A stretch of 64,000 bases of DNA from Abyssibacter profundi (lineage in GTDB: Bacteria; Pseudomonadota; Gammaproteobacteria; Nevskiales; OUC007): assembly GCF_003151135.1 (NCBI RefSeq), contig NZ_QEQK01000005.1, forward strand, positions 321,955-385,954, in the 5' to 3' direction. Positions 19,638 through 28,469 of the stretch are shown one piece after another. Made by a program: the position numbers and the translations under genes. Under the pieces are notes generated by a model. It was given only the letters and a program-made list of their open reading frames with translations, was not told the origin of the DNA and ran no database searches. The stretch's first letter is position 1; every line of letters begins with the position of its first letter.

Positions 19638-22343
19638 TCAGACCTCTGTTGTGTTGGTACGGGGCGGGATGGGCCAACGCCAGCCAGCAATCAGCATCAA
19701 CGCACCGACCCCCATGAAACTGATGACACGGGCGAGGGTGCCTGAGTCGGCGAGGTCGATGACGAATAGCTTGACCACCACCGCGCCCAGCAACGCTGCG
19801 GCAATCAGCCAGATCAGTCGATCGCCTTGGCGACGAGCCAGCATCATCAGGCCCAGCGCGGCGGTGCTCCAGCTGAGTGAGATGGCGGTTTGCACCACCA
19901 TCGAATCCATAAGCGCCCCGGCTTCAAACGGGACCGCGGCAAAATGATGCATGGCACGTCCCACCATGACGGTGAGCTGTAGCAGGGCCGCGCCCAGTAA
20001 TGTGGCGGGCACCAATCGGTGCGGCCATCTCGATAAGGGTGACCAGGCGATGCGGGCCATGCGCAGCCACCAGCTGGCCAGGCTGATCAGAATGCAGGTC
20101 TGCGTGAACTCAACCGGATTCAGCAGAGGGACAAACAACGGCTCGACTGCAGCGCCCGCGGCGAAGTGCAGGCCCAGCCAGCAGAGGCCGATGACCGGAG
20201 CCAGCAGGGTCGGTAGCCAGGCCCCGTACCCGTCCGGCCAGACCCGGAGCGGCCAGACTTCCAGCAGCCGGTCACGCGCAGCCGGGAGCGACAACGCCAA
20301 CATCACGGCCACCGGCGGCAACATGGCGGCCAGGGCCAGCCACTCCAGCCGGCCTCGGCCCGAGTCGGCAATCTGGGTCACGACCCACATGCCCTCGACG
20401 CTAACTACCGCGATGAGCAGCAGCGCGGCTCCGAGATGAGTGGCCCGGATGACACGCGGCGAGGCGGGCAAGCCACGGGCCAGCAGCCGGTAGCACCCAG
20501 CGAAGGCGGCAGGCCAGACTATCCAACCGAGTCCGGCGAGCAGGTGGTGCTCGGGGTGACCGGTCCAGCCCAGCCAGGCGAACAGGCCCATGGCGGGCAG
20601 CCACATGAGCCGCATGCGATCCAAGTCCTGCCAGTGCTCTCCCGCGCCCAGGGCATGACGCCCAAGCCAGCCCAGCGCCGCGAGACTGAGCAGCACCACG
20701 GCCAGCGTCAGGGCGGCGACGGTGTCGGGGGCGGCCACATGGGCCAATTCATGCACCCAGGTGATAAACCACCAGGCTGAAAACCAGCCGACGAGCGCGC
20801 GTTCCAGCCGATACTCCAAACCGTGCCCGACGCGCTCGCGCCGCTTGCGATAAAGCCAGGCACTGACCAGCCCGGCCAGGGCAACGGCGAGTTGCCCCGC
20901 AAAATCCGGCCCCGCCGGGGCATGTTCCGCGCCGGTGCCGCCAAGCAGCAACACAACACCGCCGATGGCCTGCAGCAGGCAGCCGGAGACCCGTGTCCAG
21001 CGCCGCTGCTGCCGGCAACCGACCCAGACCATGGCCATGCCTTCGATGGCCCAGGCCACGCCGGTGCCGGTGGGGCCCAGGGCATAGGGCACGGCAATGG
21101 TTGCCGCCGCGATGGCCAGAATCGCAAAACTGGTGGTCAGGTCCCAGAGCGTGTCTCGGGCGTGACGCAGCGCCAGCCAGGTCAGGGCGGCGTAGAAACC
21201 GGCCATCAACAGCGCGGCGATGGTCATCCCGCGAGGGGTGGCCGTCAGCAGCTGGCTGAGCGCGGCAAGGGTGGCGATGGGGTTGCCGAACGTGACGCCT
21301 GCATCGACAGACCCCTGGACCCGCCCGGCACGCTGGCCGGGTGCCCGCGCGGTGCGGATTGCGAACAGGGCCGTAGTGCCCACGTAAATCAGGAAGAACA
21401 GCACGGTGAAACAGACCGCGCTGAACCGATCAGCGGTTTGATAATCCAGCACACCCCAGGTCAGCCCAATGCCTGCAGTAAAGGCCAGACCCAGCACGTT
21501 CAGCTCCCGCCAGGCCCGGTAGATCGCGGTGGCGAGCACGCCAAGATTAAGCACCGCAAAGTAGCTGAACAGGGCGATATGACTGCCCTCGCCCGTGGAG
21601 GCCAGAATCGGTGCAAGAAAGCCACCGACGGTGGCCGTAACGGCGAGTCCTCGGGCGTTTTGGAGCAAGGCCAGCGCGAGCGTCAGGGCGACCAGCAGCG
21701 TCATGCCGGCCAGCGTGATATTCAGGCTGAGCAGGCCATAGAGCCGGCCTGCCGCGTATAGCGTCAGGTACAGACAGGCCAGTCCGCCTCCTTGCAGTAT
21801 CCACGCAGCCTGCGGCCGTACGCGCCGTTGTTGCCAGCCAAAAATCGCGAGCCCCAGCCCCACGATGGCGACGATACCCAGGCGCATGTGCAGCGGTAAC
21901 AAGCCTTGGTCGGCGGCGTACTTCACGAGGAAGGCGAGCCCGATGAACAGCACCAGCATGCCCACGCGCAGCAGGCTATTGCCGCCTGTGAGCCATTGCA
22001 GGCCGCGCGCCCACAATCGTTCGAGTACGCGGTCGAGCCATGCGGGCCGCCGGGGTTCGGCCTCCGGGGTGGGCGCTGCGGATGGTGGAACCGGGCGATC
22101 CGCGCCCTCCGTGGCTTCGGGTGGCGGTGAGGCTGACGGCGCGGAGGCATCCGTCGACTCCGAGGGGAGGGTCGGCGAAGCGGCGCTCAGACGCTCATGC
22201 TCGAGCCTGCGCAGACGAGCCTCCAGCTGGATTTGTCGACCGAGCAGCAACCCGATGAATGCGCCCGCGATCGCCAACCCCGGCCCGCGATGATCCAACC
22301 CGAGCCCGATGATCGCGAACAGCGCTGCCAGTATCCAAGGCAT
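19638..22343 (-). CDS. DUF2339 domain large polytopic membrane protein
   Basis: 901 aa. The N-terminus has a coiled RLRRLEHERL segment followed by more than 20 predicted TM helices. The architecture is typical of DUF2339. Confidence 0.6.
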   Translation of the reverse strand: MPWILAALFAIIGLGLDHRGPGLAIAGAFIGLLLGRQIQLEARLRRLEHERLSAASPTLPSESTDASAPSASPPPEATEGADRPVPPSAAPTPEAEPRRPAWLDRVLERLWARGLQWLTGGNSLLRVGMLVLFIGLAFLVKYAADQGLLPLHMRLGIVAIVGLGLAIFGWQQRRVRPQAAWILQGGGLACLYLTLYAAGRLYGLLSLNITLAGMTLLVALTLALALLQNARGLAVTATVGGFLAPILASTGEGSHIALFSYFAVLNLGVLATAIYRAWRELNVLGLAFTAGIGLTWGVLDYQTADRFSAVCFTVLFFLIYVGTTALFAIRTARAPGQRAGRVQGSVDAGVTFGNPIATLAALSQLLTATPRGMTIAALLMAGFYAALTWLALRHARDTLWDLTTSFAILAIAAATIAVPYALGPTGTGVAWAIEGMAMVWVGCRQQRRWTRVSGCLLQAIGGVVLLLGGTGAEHAPAGPDFAGQLAVALAGLVSAWLYRKRRERVGHGLEYRLERALVGWFSAWWFITWVHELAHVAAPDTVAALTLAVVLLSLAALGWLGRHALGAGEHWQDLDRMRLMWLPAMGLFAWLGWTGHPEHHLLAGLGWIVWPAAFAGCYRLLARGLPASPRVIRATHLGAALLLIAVVSVEGMWVVTQIADSGRGRLEWLALAAMLPPVAVMLALSLPAARDRLLEVWPLRVWPDGYGAWLPTLLAPVIGLCWLGLHFAAGAAVEPLFVPLLNPVEFTQTCILISLASWWLRMARIAWSPLSRWPHRLVPATLLGAALLQLTVMVGRAMHHFAAVPFEAGALMDSMVVQTAISLSWSTAALGLMMLARRQGDRLIWLIAAALLGAVVVKLFVIDLADSGTLARVISFMGVGALMLIAGWRWPIPPRTNTTEV

Positions 22344-22470
22344 GGTCCATCCTCCCTGTTCGCCATGCTACGGCCTGGACCGTTGCGGTGACAGTCTTGG
22401 TCGCGGGGGCTATGGTCGGGGCACCCTGGCGCAGCTGCGCCAGTCTGACGGCCATTCAGGAGGCCCACTC

Positions 22471-23874
22471 ATGCAACAACTGGTTCTGACCCTCATCGGC
22501 CTCAGCACGCTGATCAGCGTGGCGACAGCCAACGAGCCCCGCTCACTCATCGATCTGTACCAGCACCTGCACAGCCATCCCGAGCTGTCCTTCCATGAAG
22601 AGGAGACCGCCGCGACGCTGGCGGCCGAGCTGGAGCGATTGGGCTTTGAGGTCACCACCGGCGTGGGCGGTCACGGCCTGGTCGGGGTGCTCGAAAACGG
22701 TGAGGGGCCGACGGTGTTGCTGCGCGCCGACATGGATGCGCTGCCGGTACGCGAGCAAACGGGCAAGCCCTACGCCAGTACCGTCACCACCACCGATGAT
22801 GCCGGCAAGACTGTGCCGGTCATGCACGCCTGCGGTCACGACGTGCACATGACCAGCTGGGTTGGGACGGCCCGGGCGCTGGTCGAGCAAAAAGCGCAAT
22901 GGGCCGGTACGTTGGTGATGATCGGCCAGCCAGCTGAAGAGCGCGGTGCCGGGGCGCGGGCCATGCTCGCCGATGGTTTGTTCGAGCGCTTCCCTCGGCC
23001 TGATTTCAACCTGGCCATGCACGTGTCCGCGAACCTGCCGGCGGGCACGCTGGGCTATACCACTGGCTATGCGCTGGCCAGCGTCGATTCGGTGGATATC
23101 ACCGTTTACGGTGTCGGCGGCCATGGCGCTTACCCGCACACCACCAAAGACCCCATCGTGCTCGCGGCGCAAATCGTCACCAGCCTGCAGACGCTGGTGT
23201 CGCGGGTGATTCCGCCGGTCGAGCCGGGCGTGGTCACGGTGGGTTCCATCCACGGGGGCACCAAGCACAACATCATTCCCGATCAGGTGGATCTGCAAAT
23301 CACCGTGCGCGCCTACAGTCAGGCCACGCGGGATGCCCTTATCGACGGCATCCGCCAGATCGCCCAGGGCCAAGCCCAGGCGGCCGGGCTGCCAGAGGAC
23401 AAGTGGCCCGAGGTCACCGTTCAGGACGAGCACACCCGCTCCACGTTCAACAACCCGCAACTGGTTGATCGCCTGGTGCCGGTGTTCGAGTCGGCCCTGG
23501 GCGAGGCGCAGGTGCAAGCCGTGCCGGCCGTGATGGGCGGGGAAGACTTTTCCGAATACGGCCTCACCGATCCCAAAATCCCCAGCCTGATCTACTGGAT
23601 GGGCGCGGTGGAGCCCCGGACCTACCAGGCGTTCCAGAGCAGTGGCGAATCACTGCCGTCACTGCACTCGCCGTTCTTTGCACCGGACGCGCCACTCACC
23701 ATCGAAGCGGGGGTCAAAGCCATGACCGCTGCCGCGTTGGAGCTACTCGGCGAGCCGCCGGCACCGGACGACACCATCGCCGCCCAGCCTGATGCCGGAG
23801 AAGCAGAGACCCTCGCAGCAGAGTCTGCGGCTTCTAGCCCCGCCCCGGCAGAGGCGACCGCCGCAGCGCAATGA
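22471..23874 (+). CDS. Secreted M20 family amidohydrolase (aminoacylase/hippurate hydrolase-like) with a low-complexity Ala/Pro C-terminal tail
   Basis: CAGGAGG RBS. Signal peptide. YQHLHSHPELSFHEEET and MHACGHDVH metal-binding motifs of M20D. Confidence 0.85.
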   Translation: MQQLVLTLIGLSTLISVATANEPRSLIDLYQHLHSHPELSFHEEETAATLAAELERLGFEVTTGVGGHGLVGVLENGEGPTVLLRADMDALPVREQTGKPYASTVTTTDDAGKTVPVMHACGHDVHMTSWVGTARALVEQKAQWAGTLVMIGQPAEERGAGARAMLADGLFERFPRPDFNLAMHVSANLPAGTLGYTTGYALASVDSVDITVYGVGGHGAYPHTTKDPIVLAAQIVTSLQTLVSRVIPPVEPGVVTVGSIHGGTKHNIIPDQVDLQITVRAYSQATRDALIDGIRQIAQGQAQAAGLPEDKWPEVTVQDEHTRSTFNNPQLVDRLVPVFESALGEAQVQAVPAVMGGEDFSEYGLTDPKIPSLIYWMGAVEPRTYQAFQSSGESLPSLHSPFFAPDAPLTIEAGVKAMTAAALELLGEPPAPDDTIAAQPDAGEAETLAAESAASSPAPAEATAAAQ

Positions 23875-24380
23875 CGCCAACCGTCGGCTTTGGTGGCGGC
23901 TGCCATTGGTGTACCGAAGCGGTGTTTGAGTCCATTGCCGGCGTGACGCAGGTAGAGCAGGGCTGGATCACCTCCGTGCCACCCGATGAGGCCGAGTCTG
24001 AAGCCGTGCGCGTGCAGTTCGACGCGGCCGTCATCGACCTACGCGCCCTGATGCGCGTGCATCTGCAAACCCATGCCAGCACGTCAAACCACACGCTGCG
24101 CTCGCGTTACCGCTCGGCGGTTTACACCACCAGCCCAGCGCAGCAGCAACAGGTCACCGATCTGCTGGCCGAACTGCAGGCCGAGTTCCCCGCGCCATTG
24201 GTGACACGGGCGTTGCCGCTGGCCGCGTTTCGCAGTTCGCCGCCGCGGTATCGGCATTACTACGCGCGCCGCCCCGAAGCGCCGTTCTGCCGGCGTCATA
24301 TCGCACCCAAGCTGGAGCAGGTCGCGGCGGCGGTCCCCACGCGACCTACATTTCCAGCTCCATCGGATCAAAACGCATGA
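23871..24380 (+). CDS. msrA: Peptide-methionine (S)-S-oxide reductase MsrA-like (divergent, shortened)
   Basis: GGGCHWCTEAVF active-site motif (GCFWC-type) and the QYRSAVY-like block RSRYRSAVYTT. ATGA overlap with the upstream gene. The central NPTYEEVCSG block is missing, so the family is likely but this is not a canonical MsrA. Confidence 0.6.
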   Translation: MTPTVGFGGGCHWCTEAVFESIAGVTQVEQGWITSVPPDEAESEAVRVQFDAAVIDLRALMRVHLQTHASTSNHTLRSRYRSAVYTTSPAQQQQVTDLLAELQAEFPAPLVTRALPLAAFRSSPPRYRHYYARRPEAPFCRRHIAPKLEQVAAAVPTRPTFPAPSDQNA

Positions 24381-25840
24381 AAGCGCTCATCAAACTTGCC
24401 CGTGGGCTGATCTATGGCCTGGCTGGCCTGGGCCTGCTGCTCTGGCTGGGCGTGGTGTTGTCCCGCTCGGTCACACTGCCCGATGGGCTGGCCATGCGTG
24501 CCCCGCCGCGCCTGCTCGAAGACCCGCAGCTGTTGGTCGACACCACTTTCATCAACGAAGCCGGCGAACGGCAAAGCGATCAACAGATCTTCGATGCCAT
24601 CTTCGCGCTACTCGAACAGGCCCGCGAACTCATCGTGCTCGACCTGTTTCTGTTCAATCACTTTGCAGGCCCCGAGCCCGAAACCACCCGCGATATCACC
24701 ACCGAACTGACCGAACAGCTGATCGCCGCGCGCGCTGCCAATCCGCAGTTGCAGGTGATTCTGATCACCGACCCCATCAACACGGTATATGGCGGTCAGC
24801 CGGCGCCGCACCTGGATCGGCTGCGTGAGGCCGGTGTCGATGTGGTGATCACGAATCTCACCGCCCTGCGCGACAGCAACCCGAGCTACAGCGGTTTGTG
24901 GCGATGGACCGCCCGTTGGTTTGGCAACAGTGAGCAGGGCGGCTGGCTGCCCAATGCACTGGGCGAGGGCAAGATCACCCTGCGCAGCTACCTCCGGTTG
25001 CTGAATTTCAAGGCCAACCATCGCAAGACCGTCGTGGCCGACAACGGCCAGGGCCAGCTCCAGGCCATCGTCACCTCCGCCAACCCCCACTCGGATAGCA
25101 GTGCCCACAGCAACATTGCATTGCAATTTGCGGGGCCTGCTACGCATGACCTGCTGCGCTCGGAACAAGCCGTGCTGGACTTCTCGTCCAACACCGTCCG
25201 CATTCCCAAGCGCTGGCTCACCCCACAAGACGCCACCCCAGCTCCGGCAGCCACCCAGCCGCAGATCGAAGTGCTCACCGAACAGGCCATCAAGCGCGAA
25301 GTGCTCAGCCGGCTGGCGGCGACTGCAGCCGGCGACAGCGTAGACCTTGCCATGTTCTACCTGGCCGACCGCGACATCATCCAAGCCCTCATCGCCGCCC
25401 AGCAGCGGGGCGCGGCCGTGCGCGTCTTACTCGACCCCAACCGCGATGCCTTCGGCCGAGAAAAACAAGGCGTACCCGCCCGCCCCGTGGCTGCAGAACT
25501 GGTCGCCGGCGGAGTCGACGTACGCTGGTGCGACACCCACGGCGAGCAATGCCACTTCAAGGTGCTCATCGTGCGTCAACCCGACCGCGTACACGCCGTG
25601 CTCGGCTCCGCCAACTTCACCCGCCGAAACCTCGACAACTACAACCTCGAAACCGACGTCGCCGTCCACCTGCCGGCCGACGCCGCCTTGGCGCAATCCC
25701 TCACCGGCTGGTTCAACGGCCTTTGGAACCCACCAACGGAGCGGGAATTCTCGGTGCCCTACGCGGTGTATGCCGATGAGCGGAACCACCTGCGATGGGC
25801 TTACCGCTTCATGGAAGCAACAGGCTGGTCGTCATTCTGA
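24377..25840 (+). CDS. Phospholipase D superfamily protein with two HKD motifs and an N-terminal TM anchor
   Basis: HRKTVVAD...N and HFKVLIVRQ...GSANFTRRN HKD motifs. ATGA overlap with msrA-like. Confidence 0.8.
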   Translation: MKALIKLARGLIYGLAGLGLLLWLGVVLSRSVTLPDGLAMRAPPRLLEDPQLLVDTTFINEAGERQSDQQIFDAIFALLEQARELIVLDLFLFNHFAGPEPETTRDITTELTEQLIAARAANPQLQVILITDPINTVYGGQPAPHLDRLREAGVDVVITNLTALRDSNPSYSGLWRWTARWFGNSEQGGWLPNALGEGKITLRSYLRLLNFKANHRKTVVADNGQGQLQAIVTSANPHSDSSAHSNIALQFAGPATHDLLRSEQAVLDFSSNTVRIPKRWLTPQDATPAPAATQPQIEVLTEQAIKREVLSRLAATAAGDSVDLAMFYLADRDIIQALIAAQQRGAAVRVLLDPNRDAFGREKQGVPARPVAAELVAGGVDVRWCDTHGEQCHFKVLIVRQPDRVHAVLGSANFTRRNLDNYNLETDVAVHLPADAALAQSLTGWFNGLWNPPTEREFSVPYAVYADERNHLRWAYRFMEATGWSSF

Positions 25841-26264
25841 TGCACGCGTGACTCTGGCCGTGCCGAGAGAGCACCACAGAGGGTGCAGCTTGTGACGGTG
25901 GCGGCACCGGCAACGTGCACGCCGCGACGGTTGTCCGCTTTTTAGCGGGGATCTCGTACTGAAGATGGATGCCCCTCGCATCGAAATCGACATGACCACG
26001 TTGGCAAGAGGTAGGGACCGTGTATAACCGAAACACCGCAAGACATGCCGACATCAGTCGGCGCTGTCTGGCAATGCGGTGGCCTGTGCGGAGTCGATTG
26101 CAGGGGCTGCAGGTCGCTCATACGTTGACCGGGCGCAACTCACGCGGCGCCGGTTCAACCACCGCATGCTGGGTCGCAAAGATTTCCGGCCACTTTGGTG
26201 TGTCGCTTGCCGTTGGATTAGGCGGCCTTTGTCCATCTAATAAGCGTTAGATGCCCTCATCACC

Positions 26265-26282
26265 GACCCGTATAATCGGCCC
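26265..26282 (+). promoter_or_regulatory. -10-like TATAAT box 6 nt upstream of the methyltransferase ATG (possible leaderless transcript)
   Basis: CCGTATAATCGGCCCATG read directly. No RBS visible. Confidence 0.35.
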
Positions 26283-27566
26283 ATGACAACGACACGCCCC
26301 CTTGCCATCGATCTCTTCGCGGGCGCGGGTGGGTTGAGCCTAGGCTTCGAACAAGCGGGCTTTGATCTACTTGCGGCCGTTGAAGTCGATCCCGTTCACG
26401 CCTCCGTGCATAAGTACAACTTTCCGGATTGCGCGGTGTTCCCACGATCAGTCGAGAAGATTTCTGGCGCGGAACTTTTGAGGTTGGCTGGAGACCGGAG
26501 CATCGACGTCATCGTGGGTGGCGCTCCTTGCCAAGGGTTCTCTTTGATTGGTCAAAGGGCGCTAGATGATCCGCGGAACTCGCTAGTGAAAGAGTTCATT
26601 CGTATTGTCTCCGAGGTTCGTCCGCGATATTTCGTGTTTGAAAATGTCAAGGGTCTTACTCTCGGCAAGCATCGCAGATTTCTGGAAGAGATCGTCGAAA
26701 CTCTTCAAGGCGAAGGGTATTCTGTTCGACGGCCATGGAAAGTATTGAATGCTAGGGACTATTCGGTCCCACAGAATCGCGAAAGGTTATTCCTAATTGG
26801 CTGCCTTGATGGTGAGCCTCCTGAATATCCAAACCCGCATGAATCATTGGTTAGTTGCGAGGAGGCATTGGGTGACTTGCCTGATGCTGAATCGTTTGCG
26901 GAGCTCGAAAGCCAAGACTACGTAGCCTATGAACACGCAACCAACTTGTCGGAATATGCACGGCATATGCGCTGTCTTGGCCGTAACGGTTGGGACTTCG
27001 GTTATAGGAGAAGCTGGAACCCTTCGCTGCTAACGTCAAGCTTGCGAACATCTCACACCGAGATTTCCCGACGTAGATTTGGCGAGACGCTCGAAGGGAA
27101 AGTTGAGCCAATTTCACGATTCTTCAAACTTCCTTCCGACGGTCAATCTAATACCCTTCGTGCAGGCACCGATTCAGCACGAGGTGCGTTCACAAGTCCG
27201 AGACCCATTCACTACGCGTATGATCGGTGCGTAACGGTTCGCGAGATGGCTCGCCTTCATGGTTTTCCTGATTGGTTCCGGTTCCACGCCACGAAGTGGC
27301 ATGGGGCGAGGCAAATCGGAAATGCCGTGCCGCCGCCTCTCGCAAAGGAAATTGCGGCACAAATCATCGGTGCGATGGGCGTGAGCCCGGCGAGACCGAA
27401 GCGAACTCTGAAGCTCGGTGATCCTGACTTGCTGGAAATGGATATGTCTCAGGCTTCCAAGTTTTGGGGAATTGAGGTGCCTATTGGGAAGCGGAATCGC
27501 AAAAGCGGTGCTAAGAAACGGTCGCAGCTAGAAGTTGAACACTCGTTGAGTCTTGCCGATGGCTAA
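26283..27566 (+). CDS. DNA (cytosine-5)-methyltransferase (Dcm family) with a ~60-aa basic C-terminal tail
   Basis: Motif I FAGAGG, motif IV PCQGFS, motif VI ENVKGL, motif VIII QNRERLFLIG, motif X GNAVPPPLA. The gene is ~50% GC, against ~65% for the flanking DNA. Confidence 0.9.
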   Translation: MTTTRPLAIDLFAGAGGLSLGFEQAGFDLLAAVEVDPVHASVHKYNFPDCAVFPRSVEKISGAELLRLAGDRSIDVIVGGAPCQGFSLIGQRALDDPRNSLVKEFIRIVSEVRPRYFVFENVKGLTLGKHRRFLEEIVETLQGEGYSVRRPWKVLNARDYSVPQNRERLFLIGCLDGEPPEYPNPHESLVSCEEALGDLPDAESFAELESQDYVAYEHATNLSEYARHMRCLGRNGWDFGYRRSWNPSLLTSSLRTSHTEISRRRFGETLEGKVEPISRFFKLPSDGQSNTLRAGTDSARGAFTSPRPIHYAYDRCVTVREMARLHGFPDWFRFHATKWHGARQIGNAVPPPLAKEIAAQIIGAMGVSPARPKRTLKLGDPDLLEMDMSQASKFWGIEVPIGKRNRKSGAKKRSQLEVEHSLSLADG

Positions 27567-28368
27567 GAAACCTACAAATCGGTACCAAATGTTGGTAGAG
27601 AAAATCTTCTTCGACAATTTTGAAGAAGGCTCGGAAGAAATATTTTTCGTTCGCGAGGATTTGGAATCAGCGGCAAGTGATCTCGATATCGGCCTCCCGA
27701 AGAACCTAGGCGATGTCGTCTACGCTATGCGCTATCGAACTCCGCTTCCTGCCTCAGTGGAGGCTACACAACGCGAGGGAAAGGAATGGATTATCGAGGG
27801 CGTTGGGCGCGCCAAGTACGCTTTTAAACTTGTAAAGATCAACCGGATTACGCCCAACACCGAACTCATTACGATCAAGATTCCCGACGCAACGCCGGAA
27901 ATCGTCTCTGAATATGCTCTGTCTGACGAGCAGGCGCTCCTGGCAAAAGTGCGCTACAACCGTCTCATCGATTTGTTTCTGGGCGTAACTAGCTATTCGC
28001 TGCAAAATCATCTACGAACAACTGTGAAGGGCGTCGGGCAGATCGAGATCGATGAGATCTATGTCGGCGTTGATCAACACGGCGTTCAGTATGTCGTGCC
28101 AGTGCAAGCCAAGGGCGGAAATGATCAACTTGGAGTTGTACAGACCAAGCAAGACATTCTTTGTTGTGCCGAGAAGTACCCTGATCTTATTTGTCGCGCG
28201 ATTTCCACGCAGTTCATGGCAGATGATCTGATCGCAATATTCGAGCTAACGGTACAAGACGACCAAATTCGCTTGGTGCAGGAGAAGCACTATAAGTTGG
28301 TGCCAAGAGATCAGATTTCGTCGTCTGACATTCGTCAGTATCGTGCGTTGGCGCGGCCGGGCATCTAA
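27553..28368 (+). CDS. Uncharacterised 271-aa protein translationally coupled to the C5-MTase; putative PD-(D/E)XK-like restriction endonuclease
   Basis: 14-nt overlap with the MTase gene. Low-GC codon usage. The candidate nuclease core IEIDEIYVGVD...VPVQAKGG has a D...(E/Q)xK pattern. No family recognised by eye. Confidence 0.5.
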   Translation: MPMAKKPTNRYQMLVEKIFFDNFEEGSEEIFFVREDLESAASDLDIGLPKNLGDVVYAMRYRTPLPASVEATQREGKEWIIEGVGRAKYAFKLVKINRITPNTELITIKIPDATPEIVSEYALSDEQALLAKVRYNRLIDLFLGVTSYSLQNHLRTTVKGVGQIEIDEIYVGVDQHGVQYVVPVQAKGGNDQLGVVQTKQDILCCAEKYPDLICRAISTQFMADDLIAIFELTVQDDQIRLVQEKHYKLVPRDQISSSDIRQYRALARPGI

Positions 28369-28469
28369 CAAGTGACTATGGTCAGAAGTCAATAAATCCA
28401 GGCCAAATCCGGATTCCAATGCTGCCCGGTTTAGCAGCGTGCTGATGGCCACCTAGCCACCGGCATGCT

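Noticed and set aside
25841-26282. Small ORFs (60-81 aa) on both strands in the gap before the methyltransferase islet.
   Set aside because: No RBS, mixed composition and overlap with each other. The region more likely holds the islet junction or promoter. The CCGCTTTTTAGCGG hairpin there is only 5 bp and lacks a U-tract.
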